Positions 51,601 to 61,200 of a stretch of 64,000 nt of DNA are shown piece after piece (the stretch's first letter is position 1; every line of letters begins with the position of its first letter). The translations under genes and the position numbers were made by a program. The stretch is taken from positions 1 to 64,000 of IMG/VR virus record IMGVR_UViG_3300020165_000007, one strand, 5' to 3'. Below the pieces are notes generated by a model. That model was not told the DNA's origin. It ran no database searches and worked only from the letters and a program-made list of their open reading frames with translations.

Positions 51601-53452
51601 TATTTTGTTCACTTACTTTCATATCATATGGTGGGAACCACATAATTCTACCACCGTTCGGACCTCTTTCACATGAAGGTAAATCTTGTACTGTAAAACC
51701 AGGTTTAGAGGATGTTCTCCAAGCTAAATTTTCTATCGAAAACATGTACTTTTTTACCTTTCCGTCTTGAATATTAGTTGATTCATTACCTCTCCAAGGT
51801 GCGATATTTAAATTATAGGTATTATCCAGTACTGAATATGTGAATTTTCTATTTTTTGTTGTTATACCCTCACTTTTTTGTAATTCATCGTTACTAAAGT
51901 ACGGCATATCTTTAGTGAAAACTCTACAATACTCTATTCCTTTAATTTCACCAGTACTTAAGTCTTCGTATTTAAAAACTGTTGAGCCTTTTGTAATCTC
52001 GCGAGTACCGTCATTAAATACTTTTGATACTTGATTTATTGCAGTACCAACGTGTTGTAACCTTGCGTCTCCTTGTAACCCTTCTGCAGAGTTAATTAAC
52101 CTTTGTGTGTCGTCTAATATAGACCCTTGAGTAAAGGTGTATTGTGTTGATACACCCGCATCAAATGATGACCTAATACTCGATGGTGCTTTCTGCGTTT
52201 TCTTTTCAAACCTATCCGTTTCAAAATTACTGTCGAAATTGGTATTATCTATATTTCCCCCTATACCTACAAATTTTCCCGCAGATTTTACACCGTCTAA
52301 ACTAGTCCATGTAAATCCTCCTTGTAATCTAGGTGCGTCATAATTACTATTGGTTTTGGTGTTAGACCTTAAAAATTTACTTCCGTTTAATCCAAATTTA
52401 AAATCGTTTGGTCCGTCTTTGGTTTCATATAATTTGGCAATTTCACCATACCCCCTTACTGCGGTTCTTACCTTATTACCAAATTGGTCTGTGGGTAATT
52501 CACCTGCCGGAGCGACCATATCAGTTAATTCTTGTTCTTTACTCCCTACGTAGTAATTTCCGGCGGGAGCTCGTAACCCAAAACTTCTACTATTTTCGGT
52601 ATAGTCAGGCGCAAAAACATTTAATGATATACTCTTAAATAATCTTTTAGTTTGTCCCCTACCTGTATTTGATATGAATGTGTCAGACGACTTTTTATTG
52701 GCTTGTGGAAGTAATGTACCTCTACTACTGAATTCACCTTTATTACCTGAAGCCTGATTAATACTAGATTGTTGAGCCACTTCACCAAAATAACTTCCTG
52801 GTATCCATGAGTATGGTGAGTATATTCCAGAAATTCTACTTATAAAATCTAAACCTTTACCTACTATGTTATTTGGAACAGAAATTTTCCAGTCACTTTC
52901 AATTAATTGTTCATTTCCAGTCGCAATGGCTAACACATCAAAAGGGTCTCCTAACGCATCAAGTATATTTACCCTACCAAGTGTTTGTTGATAGGTTTCT
53001 TCCGCAACTCTAAATTGAAATTGTGTTTTTAGTTGGTTTCCTGCTATTTGAGCTAATGTAGAATCTTGTGCTAGTCTTCCGTTGGAACCCATAGGGTCTA
53101 AAGTTGTCAGTAGAGTAAGTGAGTTGTACGTTGAAGCAACAAACGTATAGTACGTCTCTCGTTGTTCTATTTTTCTTTCTATATCTCTAATGTTTATTAA
53201 ATCATTGAATCCACCTTCAGGTCCATATTGATTTTGTATAAACGCTCTTTTTTGTGCTTGGTCAGTTACTTGAGACTCTTCGATTCTAATGGCATCTAAA
53301 ACTGCGACATCGTTAATTGAGAACTCCGAATTACCCGGTGAATCATTACCTTTATAACCTTCAGCATATGGTTCTAAATTCCTTACTAAAAGTTTTTTTC
53401 TAAAACCTTCAGTAGCGCTAAACGTTAATTGACTATTTGATTGGTTCGCCAT
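48695..53452 (-). CDS. Tail-tube initiator-like protein with inserted OmpA-like domain, 1585 aa
   Basis: W....FLGRPEPIYTY..T.R and PPICILRIGDF...I..MSINYE segments; internal LEGSASS..SDAYNLSLSKRRVDSVKKY; lies between tape measure and LysM genes. Confidence 0.6.
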   Translation of the reverse strand: MANQSNSQLTFSATEGFRKKLLVRNLEPYAEGYKGNDSPGNSEFSINDVAVLDAIRIEESQVTDQAQKRAFIQNQYGPEGGFNDLINIRDIERKIEQRETYYTFVASTYNSLTLLTTLDPMGSNGRLAQDSTLAQIAGNQLKTQFQFRVAEETYQQTLGRVNILDALGDPFDVLAIATGNEQLIESDWKISVPNNIVGKGLDFISRISGIYSPYSWIPGSYFGEVAQQSSINQASGNKGEFSSRGTLLPQANKKSSDTFISNTGRGQTKRLFKSISLNVFAPDYTENSRSFGLRAPAGNYYVGSKEQELTDMVAPAGELPTDQFGNKVRTAVRGYGEIAKLYETKDGPNDFKFGLNGSKFLRSNTKTNSNYDAPRLQGGFTWTSLDGVKSAGKFVGIGGNIDNTNFDSNFETDRFEKKTQKAPSSIRSSFDAGVSTQYTFTQGSILDDTQRLINSAEGLQGDARLQHVGTAINQVSKVFNDGTREITKGSTVFKYEDLSTGEIKGIEYCRVFTKDMPYFSNDELQKSEGITTKNRKFTYSVLDNTYNLNIAPWRGNESTNIQDGKVKKYMFSIENLAWRTSSKPGFTVQDLPSCERGPNGGRIMWFPPYDMKVSEQNSADWTTNQFLGRPEPIYTYNYTTRQGNLNWKIVVDHPSILNAIVDKELDGKDNQKINDIVDSFFAGCRKYDIYELAQRFPQFTLKDIYDIVTTTQNVTDYEYFQNEIQSTQITTTEPVIEEYTPIITTNDYSYSFYFDNDVPGPQNANSTTTEESYSSNLSAYILNQANYYTYADEDQKEPTGVFFQENIFNIEQKTKELCVKIKEAIDKGAIVNIKLEGSASSPNSDAYNLSLSKRRVDSVKKYILSFSDLDKHQDKLNIIEVTVGENTNINGVSCSEELTGADKIYSTAAMGCRAVSFATTIEEIPPEPNPQDLEPIIEETIITETVTGKTEVQRQIEAKEVREKRNVAKIIVKKLLTECDYFNKMKEDSPQVYQGIKDKLSFFHPTFHSITPEGLNSRLTFLQQCLRPGDTIPVIGEDGKPRQGDIKNTAFGSPPICILRIGDFYHTKIVIQQMSINYEPLTFDLNPEGIGVQPMIADINMSFNFIGGQGLKEPVSRLQNAVSFNYFGNTEIYDERSVPTEDTTDLDRSELDKIEANSNFTVKDGKVERTEEAGETIGQVTSTEVEDFLTGDINYKSFMKDYVLKSQAYVQNVISSLETISRLQSKIGVCYFTQDRLYTNGTSTGYLSGSDGFTTRIFGKPIKLQDKESDLKTKLIEDIDNNLNPFLKSPFTNIDKQNFKNSDVKKFKKNLKSFINLRMGVFQSIFNSKITDLLNVQTDFVRQNDISNLITANTDGYKNKTGSIDIFELSGSSTVDPSSSQANTNLEMIADIQTVAGDLEAFYNILFDDELGKYPRKDNLYQGFLSEDYDTEPQTRFCTASYFNILNDPESVKKTILGEELILKEDWVKYINEILYGFDTLIIPNTSESLDGQDPITIDGQSGLVDVYKELKRSSDLEISSLKFGFSQKFTLYNPFNLEKERNFTYIQKPQSQADSNQVFYFNTIFTDGINSGTDLEFNGKYTFN

Positions 53453-53468
53453 ACGAATCTATTTTTAT

Positions 53469-53475
53469 ATAAATA
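53469..53475 (-). promoter_or_regulatory. TATTTAT element, representative copy of a putative late promoter
   Basis: The same heptamer precedes 13 minus-strand operon-leading starts (listed under findings). Confidence 0.6.
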
Positions 53476-53491
53476 GATTAGATATTCATTT

Positions 53492-55585
53492 TTAAGCGGA
53501 ATATGTATTATTAGAATCGGTAAGTATTGTCATTAGTTTACTTGTAAAAGTAGGGTTATTAACAATTTCATTTGCCAATTGTTCAGATGATATGTTTTGT
53601 GGGAGATTTCTTCCGTCAACCGATAAATCTATTTTACCACCCACATTTAGATTAATTTCACCATTAACATTATTGCCGGTGTCGTCCATATTTTCTAATA
53701 AACTAGTTCCACCAATTATTATATCATCTTTCAAGAATCTTTGAACGGGCATTCCAGGTCTAGAAATAAAATCCTGATTCACAGGTGAGGTTGTGTCTGC
53801 AGATGTGTCAGGTGTTCCGGCAGCCGCATCGTCTATATTTTCACCCAAAAACATAGCAGCATTTGTAGCTAAATCACCAACTATATCACTAAAATTACCA
53901 AATAGTGTTTTGGCTGTAGTAAGTTGAGATAAAACACTATCAGGTATTAAACCTTCCATTTTAGTTTTAAATTCTGTAAGTCCACTCTCAGTTGATTGAT
54001 ATGCTGCGGTTATAAAATTCTCAACACTAAGACCAGAATCTTTCATTAAGTTAGTTTCGGGTAACTTATCATTCATATCTATAAGTGACGTCTCAATCGC
54101 GGTTCCAAATGTAGATGAAATGTTAAATGCGGCATTTTTAAAATGTTTTCTTGCTTCTTCATCTTGAAATCCTTCAGCGATATTCTGAGTTAACGCGTTT
54201 CCATAAATTTTTAAATTTTCTTCATTAATAGAGGCGTCTAAACCTTCCCTAACAACTTCAGCGTAAGCATCTAAACCACCTAAAGCATCAATCACTCCAT
54301 CAGTTTTTACACCCACTAAAGTAGTTGCCGACTTAGCGCTTTGATTGGCCCCCGCAATTTCTTGAAGTGCTGTAAGTTGTTCCATAGCGATTTCTCTATC
54401 GCTCATTTCATTCTTACTTTGTTGCTCTTTTAACGCCTTAAAATCATCTTGATTTAAATCTGCTGCCGATTTAATTGCGGGAATCATCTTTTTAGTCGCC
54501 TCATCAAAAGTAGGTATGGACACTTTTAAGTCACCTCCCTCAATTGTACTCATATTTGCAACTAGTTCTTTAAACTCTTCAGGAACTGTGGCCGTTCCCA
54601 ACATATCTAATTTTTTTGTTCTTTCAGCGGCTTTAAATGCGGTTTGAGTCATATCTTGGTAGGACATTCCAGCTAAATTAGCCGCCTCTCTTAGTCGATA
54701 CATTTCCGTAACAGGTATATCAAACTCACCAGTTTCCTCATTAAATACTGCAGCACTTTCAGCCATACCAACAACCGCATCCATCAATCCTTCAGTGTCT
54801 GTCTGAGCTAAATGTAGTAATTTAAATGGGTCACCTAAATCTCCTACAGCACCTCCCAACATCTGAAATCCGGCTGCAGTTTCTATTGCCGTTTCAGGGT
54901 CAAGTAACTTTTCAGAAAGTGAAAACGTTTGGGATACGTCCATCCTTAACGCTTGTGCCTTCGCCACCATACGAGAAAATCCTTCTACACCATCTTTAAA
55001 ATTGTAACTAGATAACATTTTTATGTTACTACCTATATCTTTCATAAACTTACCAACATTAATACCATAATCCCTGGCTTGTTTTTGCATGTCACTAATT
55101 TTTGAGATTGCATCTGATGTACCTACACCAATATTTCTAAATCCTTCAACAATTGGGACTATCTCAGCAGATGTAAGTCCAGCGTTACGTGCTAAGAGTT
55201 GCATATTTTCAACTTGCTCAGAAGATAGTAAAGTATTAACCCCCATTACATCATTTATTTGTTGTATTAAAATTAAGTTCTCTTCTAATCCAACTCCAAA
55301 TTTAGTAGTTTCAAATGTGGCTTCAGCCATAGTGGTCATTAACGCATTACCAATCGCACTAGTTTGTCCCATGGACTTAGTAGTTAGATTAAATGTTAGT
55401 TCTTGTAATTTAGCAGTATCTTCTATTACTGATGTCGGCATAATCATCCTCGCTAAACTTGAGGTTATATTTAATACCGTTGTATCTAAAAGTCCGGCGG
55501 CTTTATTTAAGCCGTCCATACCTTTACTAATATCGTTTATCGCGTTTTTAGCGTTATCTGCCGCTTCTCCAATTTTGTTAGCCAT
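53492..55585 (-). CDS. Tape measure protein, 697 aa
   Basis: Ala/Met/Leu-rich helical protein in the canonical position after the tube and chaperones. Confidence 0.7.
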   Translation of the reverse strand: MANKIGEAADNAKNAINDISKGMDGLNKAAGLLDTTVLNITSSLARMIMPTSVIEDTAKLQELTFNLTTKSMGQTSAIGNALMTTMAEATFETTKFGVGLEENLILIQQINDVMGVNTLLSSEQVENMQLLARNAGLTSAEIVPIVEGFRNIGVGTSDAISKISDMQKQARDYGINVGKFMKDIGSNIKMLSSYNFKDGVEGFSRMVAKAQALRMDVSQTFSLSEKLLDPETAIETAAGFQMLGGAVGDLGDPFKLLHLAQTDTEGLMDAVVGMAESAAVFNEETGEFDIPVTEMYRLREAANLAGMSYQDMTQTAFKAAERTKKLDMLGTATVPEEFKELVANMSTIEGGDLKVSIPTFDEATKKMIPAIKSAADLNQDDFKALKEQQSKNEMSDREIAMEQLTALQEIAGANQSAKSATTLVGVKTDGVIDALGGLDAYAEVVREGLDASINEENLKIYGNALTQNIAEGFQDEEARKHFKNAAFNISSTFGTAIETSLIDMNDKLPETNLMKDSGLSVENFITAAYQSTESGLTEFKTKMEGLIPDSVLSQLTTAKTLFGNFSDIVGDLATNAAMFLGENIDDAAAGTPDTSADTTSPVNQDFISRPGMPVQRFLKDDIIIGGTSLLENMDDTGNNVNGEINLNVGGKIDLSVDGRNLPQNISSEQLANEIVNNPTFTSKLMTILTDSNNTYSA

Positions 55586-55609
55586 TATTAAGTATTATAT
55601 TATAAATAC

Positions 55610-55802
55610 TTATCTTTTAGATTTTACTTTTTCGGACTGTTGTTTTCGTTTATCAAATTCCTCAACTAACTTTCCTATAAAGTATTTTCTTTCGTATGTA
55701 GGCATATTAATTAAGTCGTTATAAGAAAAATTTGCATGACGAGTTAAGTAATATATTTCATCAAGCACAGATACCCTAGATTCAGAAGAAAGGCCGAAAA
55801 AA
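55610..55802 (-). CDS. Tail chaperone C-terminal extension (probably made by frameshift)
   Basis: EIYYL....FSYNDLINMPTYERKYFI resembles tail-chaperone second ORFs; no ATG near its start; overlaps the upstream gene in the +1 frame. Confidence 0.65.
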
Positions 55803-56537
55803 CTCCACCCCAAAGGTGACTCTAACTGTCAACTCTTCTCCTGACGGGGCGTTTAAACTCCTTTCTAAGTCTAATTTTGGTTCCGAATTAGAAAGGCTAT
55901 TTCTTATGAATTTAGAATCCATAATTGGTAATTTTATGACGAAGCTTGTTATAAACTCTCTATCGGTGTTGTTGTCTACACTTACTATTTGTTTTGATAA
56001 CCTATTGGTTACTATGGGGGCCGTAACATTGTTTGGGTACTTCTCTAACATATCGTTAAGTTCCTGTACTTCTCCTACCGTAAGTAGTTTACATTTTACC
56101 ATATTTCCTGACTTAGGTAGTTTAAATGTAAATGTCCCGTCTTCTTCGGGTTCTTTTTCAAGTTTTTTGAAATTTAGCTCATCGAGACGAACCGTATGTT
56201 CAAATGAATTATTAGTTTTAGGGTCTCTTAATGTAAAATTATAATCGGGACCAAACGCTGTGTTTCTCAAAAATATTAAAATAGCCTCTAAATCACCTTC
56301 TAATAAGTCATTAACCTTAACGTCTGGTTCATATATCTTATTTTTAACTAAATCATTTATAATGTTTGGATTTTTACCGTTTCCGGCAGATACCAAAATA
56401 TTTTCATCCTGAGCTGTCAGATATCCAATTTTAAGACTCTTTTTTTTGTTTTTATAAAACTTACCCTGCGAGGGAAGTGTTACCACGTCATGTGGTAAAT
56501 TAAAGTCTTGTTGTCCATATTGTTTCGCTTCGTCCAT
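55782..56537 (-). CDS. Tail/baseplate assembly chaperone (T4 gp26-like), 251 aa
   Basis: VTLPSQGKFY, YLTAQDENIL, GDLEAILIFLR..AFG.DY, ends EFFRP; lies between tube and tape measure. Confidence 0.75.
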   Translation of the reverse strand: MDEAKQYGQQDFNLPHDVVTLPSQGKFYKNKKKSLKIGYLTAQDENILVSAGNGKNPNIINDLVKNKIYEPDVKVNDLLEGDLEAILIFLRNTAFGPDYNFTLRDPKTNNSFEHTVRLDELNFKKLEKEPEEDGTFTFKLPKSGNMVKCKLLTVGEVQELNDMLEKYPNNVTAPIVTNRLSKQIVSVDNNTDREFITSFVIKLPIMDSKFIRNSLSNSEPKLDLERSLNAPSGEELTVRVTFGVEFFRPFF

Positions 56538-56554
56538 ATTTTTGTGTAAAAAAA

Positions 56555-56580
56555 AACCATAGGGAATAAACCCTATGGTT
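56555..56580 (-). terminator. Intrinsic terminator after the tail tube gene
   Basis: AACCATAGGG-AATAAA-CCCTATGGTT followed by a long T-run on the minus strand. Confidence 0.75.
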
Positions 56581-56614
56581 AATTATATAAACTATTATTT
56601 TTTTTTCAATAGTA

Positions 56615-57103
56615 TTAGTAAACCAAAATACATCTATCAGGACGTAATGTCGCTGTAATTGTTGCCAATGCGTCATCACTATATCCCAAACTATCAAAAT
56701 TAACATCAGTTAAGAAAGTACCCTGTAGAATCCATTTTTCAACCGCAACTCCTGTAGGGTCTAACATTTCAAGGTCTAGGTCTTTCTTATAACCAGCTGC
56801 GTATCCCATACGACCTGTAACGGACTCTGAGGTTAATCTTACCCATTCCATTAAGGCTTGTGCTGCCGATGGTCCTATGGGGTCTCTAAACGTCACGTTT
56901 ATCGTATTCCAAGTAAATCTACCAGCAACATAAGTAGATGTGTTTAAGAAAGGAATCTCAGTTGCGTTAATTTGGACGTTAGGTCTAGATGTGGACTCAA
57001 CATACCAAGAGTTAATACCCAATGATGAAGGAAAACTTAGAACAAATCTATTTTTTCTTTTCGGTTCATACGGTACGGGCATTTTCATTAATAAATCAGC
57101 CAT
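56615..57103 (-). CDS. Tail tube protein (gp19-like)
   Basis: EPKRKNRF, YVAGRFTWNTINVTFRD, YKKD..L..LDP.G..VEKW.L.G.F. Confidence 0.88.
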   Translation of the reverse strand: MADLLMKMPVPYEPKRKNRFVLSFPSSLGINSWYVESTSRPNVQINATEIPFLNTSTYVAGRFTWNTINVTFRDPIGPSAAQALMEWVRLTSESVTGRMGYAAGYKKDLDLEMLDPTGVAVEKWILQGTFLTDVNFDSLGYSDDALATITATLRPDRCILVY

Positions 57104-57224
57104 TGTATTTTGGTTTTAAATTTCGTTGTTTATTTTATTATAAATATCAGTGTTAAACTTTTTTCTCTTTACTTTTACTTTTTTAATTGTAAAATCCTTA
57201 ACTAGAGATTAGAAACTAGAATTT

Positions 57225-58076
57225 TTAAACTTCTTTTTTTTCTCCTCCTTTAGTTAAATAAGTTTTTACTGGGCTTTCATCTTTATATTCTTTATCTAAA
57301 AATGTTTTTATAGATTCTATATTTCCTGGGTCGTCATCAGAAAATCCTATTTGAGGTACAAAGTTATTACTCACATCATTAGTAAATGATACTTTTTGAC
57401 CTAATTTTTTACTTTGGTATTTAACGTAATTAATAAACTCTCTTAACGCTTTTATCTTACCTTCCTCCGGATTAGAGGCCGACCCCTCACCATAAGTAAC
57501 AGGATAATATTTATTCATATCTAAATATTCTTTTATTAAAAGTTGGTCGTCTTTCATAAGTTCTCCTGATAAATCCCGATATTTTTTTAAGTTTTCTACT
57601 AACTTACTTGAGTCTATTCCATTGTGGTTTGTAACAATAAGGTTATAAATAGAGTCTCTTAACACTGACGGAGTGTGACCTCTAGCAGTAATAATTGCAA
57701 ATATAGAACCTCCGTTAATACATTCCACAAAATCATTCCATGAAGGACCTGGAGAAGCTAATAAAGAGTCCACTATAAATTTCTTATCACCATCTACTCC
57801 AAAATTACGATAGGGATTTTCGGAATAACCTACAACAGTCTCATTATTATATTCAAAAGGCTCCACACCAATCTTTTGTCGATATTCGGCAAAATCTTCA
57901 GTAGACATACCTATCTCATTACCTTCATCAGTTTTTAAAATTATTCGAGTCGGCATAACGACAATATTATCATCCCAGTCAAAAGCATAATACTTTAAGT
58001 CAGGTTGACCGTCTTCGATACCTTCACTTATAAATAATTTATTAAGACTTTGATGTATAATACTTCTTAGACTCAT
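57225..58076 (-). CDS. HAD-superfamily phosphatase-like protein
   Basis: Motif I AFDWDDNI, motif II ITARGH, Lys (EEGK), motif IV FSDDD..N. Confidence 0.75.
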   Translation of the reverse strand: MSLRSIIHQSLNKLFISEGIEDGQPDLKYYAFDWDDNIVVMPTRIILKTDEGNEIGMSTEDFAEYRQKIGVEPFEYNNETVVGYSENPYRNFGVDGDKKFIVDSLLASPGPSWNDFVECINGGSIFAIITARGHTPSVLRDSIYNLIVTNHNGIDSSKLVENLKKYRDLSGELMKDDQLLIKEYLDMNKYYPVTYGEGSASNPEEGKIKALREFINYVKYQSKKLGQKVSFTNDVSNNFVPQIGFSDDDPGNIESIKTFLDKEYKDESPVKTYLTKGGEKKEV

Positions 58077-58081
58077 GTATT

Positions 58082-58219
58082 TTAATTATTTAGATTTTCA
58101 ATTAATCTCTCTAATTGTGATTCCGTCAAAACAATATTTTGAGGTTTTTCAGAATAGGTCTTAACTCCATTACCATTAATTTGTAATGACTCTCTTAGTA
58201 ATTTTTTTTTAAATTCCAT
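58082..58219 (-). CDS. Small 45-aa protein (not in ORF track)
   Basis: MEFKKKLLRESLQINGNGVKTYSEKPQNIVLTESQLERLIENLNN; A-rich 5' context; stop 5 nt before the next ATG. Confidence 0.65.
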   Translation of the reverse strand: MEFKKKLLRESLQINGNGVKTYSEKPQNIVLTESQLERLIENLNN

Positions 58220-58255
58220 TTTTTTATTTTATTAAACGTTTAATTATATGGCTAA

Positions 58256-58285
58256 AAATGGGGGATACTTTTGTACCCCCCATTT
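58256..58285 (-). terminator. Hairpin after the tail sheath gene
   Basis: AAATGGGGG...CCCCCATTT inverted repeat with T-run. Confidence 0.6.
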
Positions 58286-58293
58286 AATAAATA

Positions 58294-61200
58294 TCAGATA
58301 TCCTCAAATGATGCACCTGTCGGAGTAATTAAGAATTCTATATCGATGAATTCTAACGCTCTTGTTGGTTTTAGATATATTTTACCTACTAAGGTGTTAT
58401 TATCTAAATCTTCAGGAGTGTTCTGAACGACAACTCTAAAGTCAATCAAACCTCTATCTCTTCTGATAGAATCTAAGATTGGGTTTACTGAGTCCAAGAA
58501 TTCTTGTCTTACTTGGTCATCATTCTGTTCGAACAATAGTCTTACCGCTACTGCTGAAATCAACTTACGAGCTTGTAATAACAATCTTCTAACATTGATT
58601 CTGTCGAGTGCTGACTGTTTAACTTGAGTAGTTTTATTACCCCATATTACTGTACCAACATCTGAGAAAGTTGCGATTGGGTTGATTCTACCTTTATATA
58701 GAATGTCTCTATCATCTTGAGTTAACTTCTTACGAGCTTTAATACCATTTACTAAACCTCTTGTATAACCCGCGGATGCGAACCATGGGAATGATATATT
58801 ATCTGTTAACGCTAAGTTTCTAACAACTTCAGCGGTAGGTGGTAAGTAAATCTGTGTGTTATTAACAGTATCTCTTGTAAGAATCCATGGGTAATAAGTT
58901 GCAGTATAGTTAGAGTCAATTCCAGTATCTTCTAAGTTTTCGGTCGCTTCTTGTGGGTAAATAAAGTCAGTTGTAAAATTAGACGTAGTATTAACAAACA
59001 TGTTATAGTCAGGTGTGGTACAGATATAAATTGAGTCCGCTCTATCCGTTTCAATCATATCAATCGCCTCCTCTACTAAGTTTGAGTTATTAACATAATC
59101 TATACCTGAAGTAGTAAACACATTAATATTTACAGCTTCAGGGTTAACAAAAGTCCACTGACCCCATAAGTAAGCATAATAGTCAGTATTACCCCAATCT
59201 TGTTTATCTGGACCAACAATTGTTTTAAACGCCCCCCATCCTGTTGCACTTGGGAATCTAACTGATGGTGCCGCTCCACGTAGATATCCATTATTACCTA
59301 ATATAAATGTATCTCCATTAGTACGAGACTCTCGATAGATATCCCATCCATCAAATCCTCCAGTAGGAACTAATGTAAATTTACGAGAATTTAATCTGTA
59401 ATATGGACTATCTTCGTTAGGTTCACTATCGAATGATGCGTCACCAACCTCAAACGCAGTTTCACCCGAAGTTACATACTGAGATGGGATTAGAACTACA
59501 GTCGCTCCTGAGTCCATATGATATCCTTTTGTTAATTCCGCCCACGGAGATGACTCAGTAGCGGTAGATAAGTTAGTCGGATTTTGTTTACCCTTATAAG
59601 AGGTAAAGTCGACATCAATACCGACAGTATTCGATACACCTAAGAAAACTCTTCTTGGGTTATCGCCCGCACTTCTTGTTAAGTTATCTCCATTAGAAGA
59701 CCCAAAAGGAGGGTTAAATAACACCTCACCTGGAGTATCATACTTAGTCTTATAAAGTAGGTGTGGTGATTTATAACTACTGTACTGTCGAGTTTGGTAA
59801 CCTTTAAAACCACAAGGTAATGAATCGGACGGAGCCTCTTCATTTACTTCTAACATAATATATCTTGACTTTAACTCAAAATCTCCATTAGCTGTACCGA
59901 TTTTTTTAGCCACATAACTATTAAGATTTATATCCATGGTACAGTTTGTGAATTTTTCTAATACGATTGGGTTAGAATCGGTATCATAAAAACTTCTAAC
60001 AACAACGTCAAAGGTTAGGTTATTAAATGATATATTCATTATAGAGACTTTAATCTCTCTGTTCGCCGAGTTACCGTCTGAGATTGAAATAACTTTAAAT
60101 AAGTCGGAAACTTCATTACCTCTTAATTCTGAAACTAAATATGGTGTAGAGGGGGTTTGATACCTATCTAAGTACCATCCGATACCTGTATTATCAACAT
60201 CTTCTCTCGCACTTTGTAATCCTAATAAAGTAGTATTTAATCCTCTAATCTTACCTTCTTTGTATCCTGTATTTAATAAGTTATAATAAATTTCCTCGAC
60301 AAATAATGGAATTTCATTACTTGGTTTAGAAAAATTACTTTGACCTAACACTTTACTTATAAAGTTAGGGTCACTTAAAGAAAGTGATGTGTTGAACGTA
60401 AATATCTCTGAGTCGTTTGTTATACCTGAAATTTGGAAATTAGAGAATGGATTATTAGTTATTCCTGAATATACTCCTGTAGAGTTAATTGTTACATTGG
60501 TTAATCCTGAAACTTCGTAATCGGGATTATTAGAATTACTAGTTGTTGATATCCCTCTTGACCTTAGTGTACTAACAACCATATTATGGTAATCAGTGAT
60601 TGGTGTTCCTGTATATGTGGTAGTATATACAACACCCACACCTGTATAATTGTTACCTACAGTATTTGTTAATCCTGTGATAGACAATCCAAAACCGACA
60701 CCACTGTATTCACCTGTACCACTATTATATGGGAATAAAGCGTAATACCATGAATCATTTTCAGACGCTTCAAAATCTGCGGTATCAATGGTAAGACCAT
60801 CCACACCCAATACGTTAGTTGTACCTGTCCATGTTCCCGAAGCTCCAGTTATTGCGTCATAAGTTTCGCCACTAACAGTACCAAACATAAATGATGTGGC
60901 TCCTGAACTGACGGGGTTAACAATACTTTGATAAACCGCAGATTCAAAGTTGCCCTGTAATGTTGATATATTACCTGAAAATGTTGTATAAGGTAATCCG
61001 AACACACTTTCTATAGATGAAGGTAAGTTACTAAAATCAGTAATTTCAGTTGAACTACTATTACCTGATACACCACTAAAAGTTATTGTATAAGCAATTC
61101 CGTCAGAATCTTTAGGAGTAATTAATGATTTATTTACGTTACCCACCGTTGATATTGACCATGATGGTCCAGCATCGTATCCTGATAAACCTAAGACACG

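Noticed and set aside
55089-55724. 211-aa plus-strand ORF and other short plus-strand ORFs inside large genes
   Set aside because: Antisense to well-supported genes, with shadow-like composition and no motifs
690-57146. T4-type late promoters (TATAAATA) driving plus-strand transcription
   Set aside because: The sites lie immediately upstream of minus-strand starts and no plus-strand genes follow; better explained as coding-strand TATTTAT, although antisense activity is not formally excluded
57104-57224. Possible ncRNA or tRNA in the larger intergenic gaps
   Set aside because: AT-rich, with no cloverleaf or stable structure apparent; only the TATTTAT element is recognisable
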